From contig JAHBMJ010000377.1 in assembly GCA_018398765.1 (NCBI GenBank), forward strand, positions 62,001-126,000: DNA of 64,000 bases, read 5' to 3'. This document shows, in pieces, positions 14,415-25,119 of this stretch. The translations under genes and the position numbers were made by a program. Each line of letters begins with the position of its first letter. Position 1 is the first letter of the stretch. This stretch comes from Chromera velia. Taxonomy: Eukaryota. The notes beneath the pieces were generated by a model, which was not told the origin of the DNA, ran no database searches, and was given only the letters and a program-made list of their open reading frames with translations.

Positions 14415-16652
14415 GAGAAAGAAAGAAAGAAAGAAAAGAAGAGAGAGAGAGAGAGAGAAGGGGTTTGCGCTAAATTGGCGGACAAAACAAAAAGCAAGAA
14501 GACAGAGAGCCACACAGGCACACACAAAGAACAAAGCAGGAAAGAAGAAAAGTGTCTCGGACAAAGAAAAATTGGGACCATAGAGCAGACAGACGCAGTC
14601 CCAAACCGCTCAACCAATCAACGAACCAACCTTCAGTCAAGGTTCCTGTTTTATCTGAGCAGATATCCGTGACCTTGCCGAGTTGCTCCAGTGCAGTCAT
14701 GTTCCTCACAATCGCGTTGGATGCCGCCATTCTTCTCACAGAGATTGCCATGGTGACAGTGATGAGGACGATGGCTGCCTCAGGCAGGATGGCGACCAGC
14801 GTGGCAGAGGCGTACAGGAGAGCCTCGTTGGTCAGGTTCCAGCGGAACGCGGTGAAGATGAACACACCTGCATGCAATCAATCGATATAGCGTGGGAATG
14901 AATGAATGAATGAGCATCAACACTGGGTGGGCACCTGCACCTGCTTCTTTCACGTCACGCAAGTCTGTCTGCCTGTCTGTCTGCCTCCTTTTCTCTGCGG
15001 TGCCGTGCAGAAGAGTGATACCGAGAAAGGCAGGCGGGCAGGCAGATAGTCAGAAAGAACGAGCAGCTACGACACGGCCAGACGGTTCAAACACGCTCCT
15101 CCCCTCCTCTCCCCTCCCAACGCAATCTCCCCATACACTTACCGAAGATAATGCCGATGACAAAGAGGAAGTACATAAGATACTCCATCGTCATCGTCAG
15201 TGCTGTCTTCTTCTTGCTTCCCGACTCGGAGAGCTTCGCAGCGATCTTGCCAATCTCCGTCTTCTCTCCAACGCAGACGACCACACCTGCACGCACAGTC
15301 AGACAGGTTAGAGAAAAAATCAGAGTGAGTACACAGTTTTCCTTCCAGCAAACCTTCAAAACCTCAACACAGAGACACCTACCTCTCAAGGAATGCGCAA
15401 GACAGCACTTGCTAGCTGAAGAGACGAAAATTCATTCAGCAGATCTATCTGCGTGGCGTTCCTTCCAAGAACAAACAAACAAAACAAAGTTGACTGACAA
15501 ATCAACATGCAACCATAGGTCAAAAAGAGAAAGGAAACCAGACACAAGCCCCGACTTATCGATCTACTTCTTCCCAGTTCCGACTGACCCCTGCCGCTAC
15601 CCTGCGAGACGTTTGTCTGACGGAAGCACATGTTGGTCCTGTCTCCCACTGCTACGTCGAACTCCCCCTCCTTGGGAGGGGGGAGGGGAGCGAGGGTCTT
15701 CACCACAGGGACGCTCTCTCCCGTCAGGACGGCCTCGTCGACCTCCAGGCGGTTGATCTGCAAGTACACACGCACACAGGCAGGCAGGCAGTCAGGCACT
15801 CGGGTTCAGAATACTCCACGCGCATGCACAGAGTGTTGTTCAATACGATACTGATCGGTCAAGTATGACTTCCCGAACAATCACGAGTCTCGATCTCTCT
15901 AGCTCATCATTGAATGGCCAAATCACGCATTCTCAAACAAGGTCTGTCTGCGGCAATGTTGCTGAACGAGGGAGCAAAGGAGCAAACGGATCGAATGTAA
16001 AAAGAGCGACGAGAGTGGAAACAACTGACTGAGCCATGCAGTATGTCCAAGAGGATATGTCTATGGAGTATATTTATTTATAGAATTTCTCTTAATTCAC
16101 CGCACTGACCTCCATGATACGAAGGTCAGCTGGCACGACATCTCCGGTCTTCAGTTCCACGACGTCCCCCACCACGACGTCACACAGAGGAACCTGCTTC
16201 TTCCTGCCATCTCTGACCACGGTGGCACTGGTAGCGCCCCCCAGGTGTCTGATCGCAGCCATGCTTTGCTCGGACTTCCACTCTTGGACAATGGATACGC
16301 CCGCGTTGAGGAAAATGACGATGACGACCACCACGGCCTCGATCCACTCCTGGATGGAGCAGGCAAGGACCAGAACAGCCGCCAGAATGGCAGTCAGAGG
16401 GTTACAGAAATTCCAGAAGATCACCGAGATCAGGGACTTGCCGTGTGCCTCTGCCAGTTTGTTTGTGCCGTACAGTTGGCGTTGCTGAGTCACCCATTCT
16501 TCATTTGAACAGTTTGTTCCACCCACTGCGTGGTAGACTTCGTCAGCAGCGAAGAGATGGGCCTTGCCGGGATCGGAAACCGAAATGTTATTGGTTGTGC
16601 TTGCACTGCTCTCGCCCAAAATGGCGGAGGGAGCCACGAATTCTGCGGACAT
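12394..16652 (-). CDS. ENA: P-type ATPase, type IID (ENA-like Na+/K+ efflux ATPase), 995 aa, 5 exons: 16652-16110, 15757-15589, 15286-15143, 14867-14631, 14288-12394
   Basis: All introns are GT-AG and phases join into a 2988-nt ORF. Motifs: LTGES, ILPEA, TDICSDKTGTLT, KGAPE, MLTGDH, TGDGVNDSPA, HLLSGNMAE. DICSDKTGT and HLLxxN are typical of ENA pumps. Confidence 0.92.
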
Positions 16653-16848
16653 ACTGAGCGACCCGTCAGAAAAAAAAAACTCGTGTTTCGCTTCAGCGTC
16701 TTTCTAGGCTTTGGTCTCTTTGAAAAGCACTTCACAGCATTCACTCACAGAAGAAAATTTCACATCTGACAGTAGGCTGTTTTGGAAATTTGGTCAGGAG
16801 GCGATGAGTTGAAAGGATGGTCGGTCAGAAAGAAAAGCGCAATTTGTC

Positions 16849-16870
<22 letters not shown>

Positions 16871-16883
<13 letters not shown>

Positions 16884-16945
16884 CGATCGGTCTGACATGC
16901 ATGCAATTAATGTCAAAAAAAAATTAATGTCTGACATGCATGCAC
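16871..16945. promoter_or_regulatory. Duplicated TCTGACATGCATGCA box upstream of the ATPase (ApiAP2-type TGCATGCA site)
   Basis: Two copies at ~16871 and ~16930, next to a (TA)n run ~220 bp upstream of the ATG. TGCATGCA is a known ApiAP2-binding motif in apicomplexans; function here is inferred. Confidence 0.4.
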
Positions 16946-17290
16946 GCTCAAAGGCCAGTACTGGGCAAAAAATGCTGCCGGGGTCATTTGGGGCCCGCGC
17001 AAGCCTGCATGCATGAATGTATGAATTATAGAGCAGGATATCCCCTTTGGGGTTATGCCGGGGCCCTGCTTAGAGAGGGTGAGTCTGATGCGTACGTACG
17101 TCGAAGTTGAAACTCTTCATACAGAGGGGATTCTACCTTTGACGCACATAAACAGAAAAGTATTTCCATGCCTCTCCTCTCTCCATTTGGTTTCTTTATC
17201 TTGCAGTCGGTCAGAAGCGTAAGCTTGATAGTGCAGTTGGAGGCGTAAGCTTGAAAGTAATTGATGAGCAGACTCGTTTGTAGACTTTCT

Positions 17291-17590
17291 GACAAACTAG
17301 GCTAGATCCGTCCCTTATATATGGGGACACGACATACATAACAAACCTCCCTGAACCTAAGGGCCACTTAAAAAAATATAATCAAGATCATCTCTATCTG
17401 CGGCATCTTTTTTCAAGAGACCGTCCACGCCTGCGGCGTAGACGGTGAAGACACCATCCAGATATGCGGCTTTGGCTTTCAAGACACCATAAATGATCCA
17501 CGCCGCAGTCAAGCTTATCCAAAAATGCGGCCTGAACTTTCAAGTGGTAGTTAGGTTTAGAGAGGTTGCATGACAAAACCCTCAATCATC
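17291..17590 (-). repeat. ~68-bp dispersed repeat, copy 1 (interrupted by a MITE); hairpin + CTAG, Helitron-3'-end-like
   Basis: GACAAACTAGGCTAGATCCGTCCC...GGGGAC...CAATCATC; similar copies at 18044-18111 and 40947-41014. Confidence 0.7.
17344..17567. mobile_element. 224-bp MITE, 17-bp imperfect TIRs, degenerate 8-bp TSD
   Basis: AACCTCCCTGAACCTAA ... TTAGGTTTAGAGAGGTT, flanked by ACATAACA / GCATGACA. Removing it restores the 68-bp repeat. Confidence 0.75.
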
Positions 17591-18043
17591 AAAGACTAAG
17601 GCAACAAAGCACAGCAAAGTCGATTGGAATACTGCCTGAATCTTTGTGGATGCTTCATAAGATTTACCTTATAACATTGAAAGTCATGATTAAAAGAGAT
17701 TGAGACCGCGACTAACCATGATGTCACTTTTTTTCGATCTGGTTGGGGCAAGCTTAGCTACTTAGGCAAGCTAGGGTAAATAAGACGTAGAGCTGTTCTA
17801 GTTTTTTTTTGTTAATATAAGTCAATATAAACAAACATTTTTTTTTAGTTAATAACATCAAACTTAAACGCACTCTCTCACTAACTTTTTTACTAGCTTT
17901 TCCACAACTTGGTACAACCTCTCCCCTCTTTTCGTTGTTCTCCGAGTGCTACTCTACTGCCGCTTGAGAAATGAGCCGCAGTAAAAGTGATTAATGAGCA
18001 GTGTTCCTAGATTTAGAACAGATGGGACGAACCGGAACCTTTT

Positions 18044-18111
18044 GACAGACTAGGCTAGATCCGTCCCTAATACATGGGGACGCGGCATACATAACAAAAA
18101 CTTCAATCATC
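18044..18111 (-). repeat. ~68-bp dispersed repeat, copy 2
   Basis: Aligns to the 17291 and 40947 copies. Confidence 0.75.
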
Positions 18112-19266
18112 AAACTTTGTACAACCTTTAAATAGCAACCTCAACATTATATTTTGTTTCTCCTACTTTCTCATAAGGTATCCCAGAAAATCCTCCGTCA
18201 AAATTAATTCACAGTTTTCATTTTCTATAATTTTCTAGCTTTATATATTGTCATCCATAAATTTTTTTAGCATTTATTTTTAGTTTGCATGATTTATTAG
18301 TACAGAATTTGATTGTTAGTAGTTGCTAGCTAGCTTAGTTGATCTTTACCTCTTTTTATGCTATATTTAAATGAAGTCTAAAAGTTGTTTAAAATTTATG
18401 CTGGTGGGCATGGCATGCCTTCAAAAAAGTTTGTCAAGCGGTACAGGAATGACTTAAAACGAACTGAGATTCCAGGAAAGAATGAGAAACATATTGATAA
18501 ATATGAACTAGGCAGTCCGATCTAGTCAACACATAAGTCATGAAAGAGATGAAGCAGATATAAAACAAAACGACATAAAACAGAAAGGCAGGTAGACATG
18601 AAGGAAAGGGGCAGGCAGACATGAGGAAGGGAGACAGGGAATTTTTTTTCAAACTCGAGAGAGAGAGGCAGGCAAACACGAGGGAGACAGACAGGCAAAC
18701 ATGAGAAAGAAAGGCAGACAAACACAGTCAGGTAAGAAGGGGACAGGCGGGCAAGAAGGAAACAGGTAGGCACGAAGGAGACAGGCAAGCAAAAAGGAGA
18801 CAGGCAGGCAAGAAGCAGACAGGCAGGTAAGGATACGAACAGATAAGAAAGAAACAGCCAAGCATAAAGGAGACAGGCAGGCAAAAAGGAGACAAGACTT
18901 AAGGCATGAAGGAGAGAGGCAAGAAAGAAGGAGGCAGCCCAACGGTAAGGACAGACAAAAACAACACAAACAACTAAAAAGAGAATCATTGTCAGAAACG
19001 GGCTGGTGCAGAACACAGCAAAAACCTCTAGTGGTCTAGATTCCCCCAACCGTCGGCATGCAGTCGGATAAGATCAAACTAACTTCTGCAGTTAGCAAGT
19101 CGCACACTTTCTTACTAAAGTCTCTACTCAATCTTTCTTTCTCATCCATCGACTTTAATTCTACATCCATCCAGACTTAATTCCCGTCTAATCAGGCGAT
19201 ATTTGTTTCTAGCAGAGCATTCTATAGCCGAACAATTCTCTCTATCTTGCCAGAATGCATGCCTAG

Positions 19267-19845
19267 GAGGGGGCACTTCAGCCGGTTACACCATGGTTAC
19301 TGACCCTACACCCCCCCTCCTACAACGTGTGACATGTAACCATCAATCAAAAGTGGTGCCAATCGATTAGTTACGTTTGGTTACTCACAAAACTGGCTTC
19401 AAGATTGTTAAACAATTTTGAATCAGGTTATGGTCAAAAATGATGAAAAATGATGTGTCACACTTACTTTGCCCCCAAACCCCCCATAACCAGGTAACCT
19501 GTAACCTTTTTTGACCCCCCTCAAAAATGAAGTAACCTCCCTCAAGAAGCATTCAAACGTGTTCTAAACATCATTTTGAATGTTTTTAAAAGTTAAAAAT
19601 TTGGTCGGTTACTGAGCTTAAAATGTTTATAACCGGATAACCTATAACCTCTTTGTATAACAAAGATAAAAAGGGGGTAACCCAAAGTAACCATATACCT
19701 TACACTTCAAAAACATCAGATTTTGACGTAACTTGACCAAGTGGAGCTCCAGGTTGCCGGACTAGCTCGCAAAAATTTGTTTTTGTTCACATTTTATGTT
19801 ATGTTGGGCTCAAAATCTACCATAACCTTCCAGAGTGCCCCCCTC
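19267..19845. mobile_element. ~580-bp MITE with TIRs, 3-bp TSD (TAG) and internal GGTTAC/GTAACC motifs (possibly PIF/Harbinger-like)
   Basis: TAG|GAGGGGGCACT ... AGTGCCCCCCTC|TAG; many GTAACC/GGTTAC-like motifs inside. Confidence 0.7.
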
Positions 19846-20078
19846 TAGATACACGTTCCTTTCTGTCAGTCTAACAGCAAGAAGAATTCATTCGTGTTGG
19901 CATGCATACAGACGCTACCTCACATTTTTGTCAAAGAGCCTTCTTGAGCCTTGCTGCTTACCTGCGTATGCATCTCTTTCCTGCGAGATGTCTCCCATGC
20001 AATCACCAGAACATATTTGGGGCTAGATGCATACAGGAAAAAAACTTAGGCATTGAGATTGACTCGATCATCCATTAC

Positions 20079-20901
20079 CTATTATGCTTGTCGCACAGGG
20101 TGTCTGCGAGGTGCTGCTTCACGACGCTTAGGGGTAGCATCTGAGGAGACACGGAGAGAAGTAAAATACAAAGCTAGGGGGCTTGGACACTCAAGCAGAC
20201 GGAGAGACGAGAAAGTTGGCCGCGAAATTCAATCCTTCTAGCTGCCTCTCACCCTCATGCATGTAGCCTCCTTCATACAGAGCGCACGTATGTAGACACA
20301 CTCTCTGTCTTCCAAAATCGTGCAAACGAGATAACAACACAGAGACAGACGGAGAAAAAGATGCACAGACGGATGGAGAGAGAGGGGGAGAGAGAGAGAG
20401 AGAAAAAAAGAACTGAAACCACCCACAGCCTAAAAACGGTCACCCCGGATCAACACACAAACCCACGTGGGAGACCAGAAGATGCATACTTAGGTTGTGT
20501 AGCAAGCTATCCATGCAGTAGGTCTTCTTTCGACTTTGGAGAAAAAAACCAAAAACACGAGTACCGTCCCTTGAAGCCTTCGCCCCGTTCTGCCACTAAT
20601 TCATTTCCTGCCGTGCTTCTTTCTCTTCCCCTAACGCTTTTTTGCTCACTTAAGCACCATGAGGAAAGGTTCTAATTTCAGAAGGATCTCTCTTTCTTTC
20701 TCTCTCTCTCTCTCTTTTGGAAACGCAGATCGACCACCCATGTCCTGCACTCCCTATTTACTTCTGCTTTCTGACCGTCTCACAGCCATCTATGAAACAC
20801 GCCAGTCAAACGCTCTCTCTCAACGCTTCGACTTTCTCTTGGATGTAGAGAGAGAAGCACTTCTTGTACAAGAAGTGTCTACAAGGGAGGGATACCCAGT
20901 C
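20079..20901 (-). pseudogene. 3' fragments of an Ariadne-type RBR E3 ligase pseudogene (second half of RING1 and linker)
   Basis: 20901-~20824 encodes DWVSLPCRHFL(Y)KKCFSLYIQEKV, with TAC at an expected Cys and a CAA acceptor. 20140-20079 encodes MLPLSVVKQHLADTLCDKHNR. Phase 0 matches the EE(Y)PIC exon ending at 47488. Confidence 0.65.
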
Positions 20902-20907
20902 TTGCGC

Positions 20908-20943
<36 letters not shown>

Positions 20944-22305
20944 GCAGTATCGGAGAGACAAGCCAATTATACCTCTATGCCTACATAAGGCTCTCTTCTA
21001 CCGTCCATACAAACATAATCCTTTAGTCAGTCGTAACCACTTCGGCCATACTTCAGTGCTCTGCTCCCCCAGTCATAAACACGAATTTTCATTCCGTTCC
21101 ATCGATGTGTTGGTCAGAAAGGCCAGCCATCATTGTTCATCGCGAACAACTGTTATCGAGACCATCTCTCTGCAAACCCACCTTATGGTCAGTTGGCTTT
21201 CCGCTCTTAAACTCGCTTTTTTTCTCGACGGCCACTGTCTTCTGTCACGGAGCTTGCTCCATAGCCCATATGCAGTCTGGTTCTGAGAAGCCATGTATGG
21301 GCTTGATGCCATCAACCCCTAGACAGGCTGTAGCGCGTTTATCACTCGACCTGAGTACTCCTATTCTCAAAGCACTCTCTGATTCTATATGAATACATCC
21401 TTTGCATGCAGATCATCTCTGTACATTACCTTTTTGGTAAAGGTTTTTGGCGCATGATGCTTTTTGCCGTCGTTTCGCTGTGGTTTTCACGGTGTTAAAG
21501 CACAAGTCAGTCTGAATTCAGCATATACTATACGTCTGTTCAAAACATCTTCGGCTTCACGCTAAGTCTAGTACTTCCCGACTGCTTTTTACAGCTGTTT
21601 TCGAATTTATTTTTGTCTGCTTTCCAATGTGCAGGCGGATGTAAAATTCAAAAATTTGGGACTGCATAGTGCTGAAGCTGTACGCCTTCGGGGGCCCTTG
21701 TACACTGTACCCATGGCGCTGCATCGGTGCAACAAACTCAGATCAGTAAAGCTGGAAAGCAGTCTTTCGGACTCTTTTCTACCTTTTTGCAGCCTGTGCG
21801 ACATCATGCGCAGCACTGAAGCTTGTTCCACGGATAAGTAGAAGAATGTAGGTAGGTGAGCTTGTAACAATAACCTATACACTTCATTAAACTTTCCGGC
21901 CCTCTGATGCTTCATATCCAAGACTGCTAGCCATCCTGGTTCTTGCAAACTGTACATAACCAGAGAAGTTTAGCAAAGGTCTCTTTACGGTAAAGATAGT
22001 TAGTAACTCTGCATGACTTTTTGATATTTCATTTTTTGCAGTTCATTTGGACTTCTTCAATTTACATCGATATGCCATCCCCCCGAGGACAGTGCTAAGC
22101 TGCTTAACGACGGATATTAAAATATATTCAGTCAGTCTATGTAGAAGGTGGTTATCAAATCATCTTCTACACTTTTTTTGCAACTGCATACTTCAGCGCT
22201 AAATTATCTATGAGTATCTCATGCGTATCTCTTATTTTTTATTTAAAAAACTTTTATGACCAGAATCTTCTTTTCAACATATATCACAAGAGAAAAAAAA
22301 AGGAA

Positions 22306-24826
22306 ATGGATATCCAAAATGGTCGGCAACAGCTTGCGGCCTATGCCCAGCTCTATAGAAGAGCAGTGTTCATATTTTTCATCTTCACCCACATCCAAAT
22401 CCCACCGGACCCCAAAACTGGAGAAAAGAAGAGAAAGATATTTTATCCACCTCTAAAGTGGTCCGAGATTACGCGTGAAAATATGGATGCGTACATTGAT
22501 CTAGAAAAGCATGAGGGCATTGTGCTTCTTACGGATGAGAAGAGTAGTTTGACCGTTTTTGATTTTGATTGTCGAGATGAATACGAAAGGGCCGTTAGAG
22601 AAAACCCTGAGAAGAAAAAGCACCTGACAGTCCAGACGCGACGAAGCTTTTATATATACTTTCGATATGACCAAAAAATCCCAAACCAAAGTGAGGTGCT
22701 GTTAGAGTACAAAAAGGTTGACGCATGGTCTGAAGGTGGGCTGCTGATTGCTCCTCCAACGACCGTATACATTGAGAAAGGAAGCGAGACCTTTCAGTAT
22801 GCATTTATTTCGGGGGATGAAACACAGGCTCCATTCCAGCATGCATAAAATATACTAGGCAGAGGCCTTCTCCAGCCAGTTCCATATTTTTTTCTTGATG
22901 CGATGGTACATGTCGCTTCTTCTAAGAGAAAGGCCCAAGCGAATCTCAGCCTACCATCAAACGCCCCCCCATCACCAGTCGACAATACCTACATGCTAGC
23001 AGAAGCCTGTTCACTTTCACAAAAGATCGATGCGGTCGCTACAGAGATTAAAAATTTGTGTGATTGCCTTTTGGATGAGCGGGCACAAAGCTATCAACAT
23101 TGGATCGATATCGGTCATACAATCAAGAATGAATTAGAAAAAGCTGGCTGTCAGCTCTTCCACACATTTTCTGAAAAGTGCCCGGCCAAATACGATTCAT
23201 ACGAGTGCAACAAAAAGTTTGATTCGTTTCTGTATCGGGCGGGAGGGAAGCAACGTTTAATGAAAGCCTCCCTCCACATGTGGGCCTACGAAGACAATTC
23301 TCAGCTATACACCAAAACGATTGCTAAAGCGGCAGCTACTGAAGTGACCCGTCTCCTTTTCCCTTCCCCAGGTGCTAAAAGGTCTCATCGCAAAACCCTG
23401 CCTCTGCTTTTAGCTTCAACTCATACAAAAGTAGGATGGCTGCTAAGAACAATTTTGGCTGACCGGCTGAAATACTGCTGGGGAGAATTTTTTTTCCGAG
23501 AGGGTCATCGGTGGGAATCTTGCCCCATGCAGGTCGATAATGCCCTCTTGCGTATCTGTCTCCAAACAAACATTTGAAAGCCCCTCTCTGCAGAAAAGAG
23601 TGCATTCTTTTCCTAAAATGTCCCTACCATAAAAAATATTATTGAAACACTGAAGTGCTGTGCCCGACAGGACGATAACCAAGACAACGAGCTATACGAC
23701 CGTCTTCATCGCAGCTTGAAGGGGAAGGTTTGTTTCGAAAATGGTGTGTATGACCTTCCCAGCCAAACTTTCACCCCATGGGCACAGATTGGCAGCAGCA
23801 TTGATACAACCATCATTATTAATTATGACTATGATTCCACGCCGAACGAGGAAGCCATTGAAGAAGTGCACATTCAAGGTTTTGAAGCTGCATTTGAAAA
23901 ACAGGCCGACCTATTTCTCCGCCTGCCATGTTGAAGATAAACATTGGGGGAGATGTATGGGAGAGCGAAATTCAGGGAAAGGCGTCACCAGCACTCTTTT
24001 GCAGAACACGTTTGAAAAGTACGTCATCAATCCTCTTTCAGAAATTTTTTTGATGGCTTCGTTCCATACAGATCCCGCCAAAGAAGGTGGATGGATACTG
24101 GACGCCGAGTTTGCCCGCTTAGCACTTACCCAGGAAATTCAGATGGACGCCTCTAATAAAGTGGTCAAGATTCAAAATTTAATGGTAATCTGATCAAACG
24201 TTTTGCTTTCGGTGGAGATGTGCTATGCGCACGACGTCTGTATAACAACGCCCAAGAATTTCGGATTGACGCCGGCCTGTCTGCTAATGTTTTGTAACGA
24301 CTGCCCTCCGATTGAGCCTGTCGATGCTTGCGAGACAATGTTTTCTTTTGAAAGCCTAAATAAGTTTAAGTCAGCCGCCTGGTTTGAGCAGCAACGATCG
24401 GATTATGGCCATACAAACAACTATCTGTCCAGGTATAAAATGGTAGACCCCGACATCAAAGAGAAGTGTGCAACTGCCAGGTGGATCCATGCTTGCTACC
24501 ACCTGATTTTCCATCATTACCAAACCTCTGCTTTGATATTGCCTCCCGATAGCAAAGATCCTGTGGTTGACAGTGAGCGATATCCCGAAACCATCTGTGA
24601 ACGGTGTTTTCAAATTACAGGGATTGAGACAGATATCGTCAGCAATAGTGACTTAGAGTTGTTTATTCGTCAACAAGACCTCAACATCATAAAACTCAGG
24701 CTGCAACAAATACTCAAAAAAATAGGCAGAGGCCAGCCTGAGATACAACCTTGGCGGAGAAATAACCAGAGAGGCCTTTGTAGTTTCAAGCTAGCACCGC
24801 CTGATAACACTCATTTCGCCTTTTAG
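22306..24826 (+). pseudogene. Prim-Pol (bifunctional primase-polymerase) + PriCT-2 + D5-like SF3 helicase, copy 1
   Basis: Prim-Pol: LTVFDFD, TVQTRR.F(H/Y)IYF, VDA(R)SEGGLLIAPPT. PriCT-2: SYQHWIDIGHTIKNE. D5_N: VCFENGVYDL. Walker A GERNSGKG, Walker B RLALTQE, motif C LLMFCND. Disrupted by several stops and frameshifts. Confidence 0.88.
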
Positions 24827-24839
24827 CATGATACACTGT

Positions 24840-24983
24840 TCATGTCTTTATGTGCTGAAGCTCTAACCAAGCAAGATCTAAGCGTTTTTTTGCATACCAC
24901 CTTCGCTGTCCATCTCGAATCTTTTCCAGGAAGCAACTCCGGTAGAGATGCATCGTACGTCGTTGTGCTTCTGTGGTTTTCAT
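24840..24983 (-). CDS. Small basic 47-aa ORF MKTTEAQRRTMHLYRSCFLEKIRDGQRRWYAKKRLDLAWLELQHIKT
   Basis: ATG-to-TGA ORF behind an AT-rich stretch. It resembles small basic helical proteins of DNA viruses, by impression only. Disrupted in copy 2. Confidence 0.4.
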   Translation of the reverse strand: MKTTEAQRRTMHLYRSCFLEKIRDGQRRWYAKKRLDLAWLELQHIKT

Positions 24984-25119
24984 GTGGAACTTTACTTATA
25001 TATATTATTTACAAAGCAACGATAGACATAGGCGTTTTTCAGAAGTGAGTATTATCTTAGAGGTCCTTTGATAACTTCTGTAGCACCTAGCTCCCCACTA
25101 GTCCTCGTCCATAAACTCA

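Noticed and set aside
19267..19845. GTAACC array as the origin of the primase element
   Set aside because: It lies outside the element junction and is bounded by TIRs and a TSD, so a MITE explains it better.
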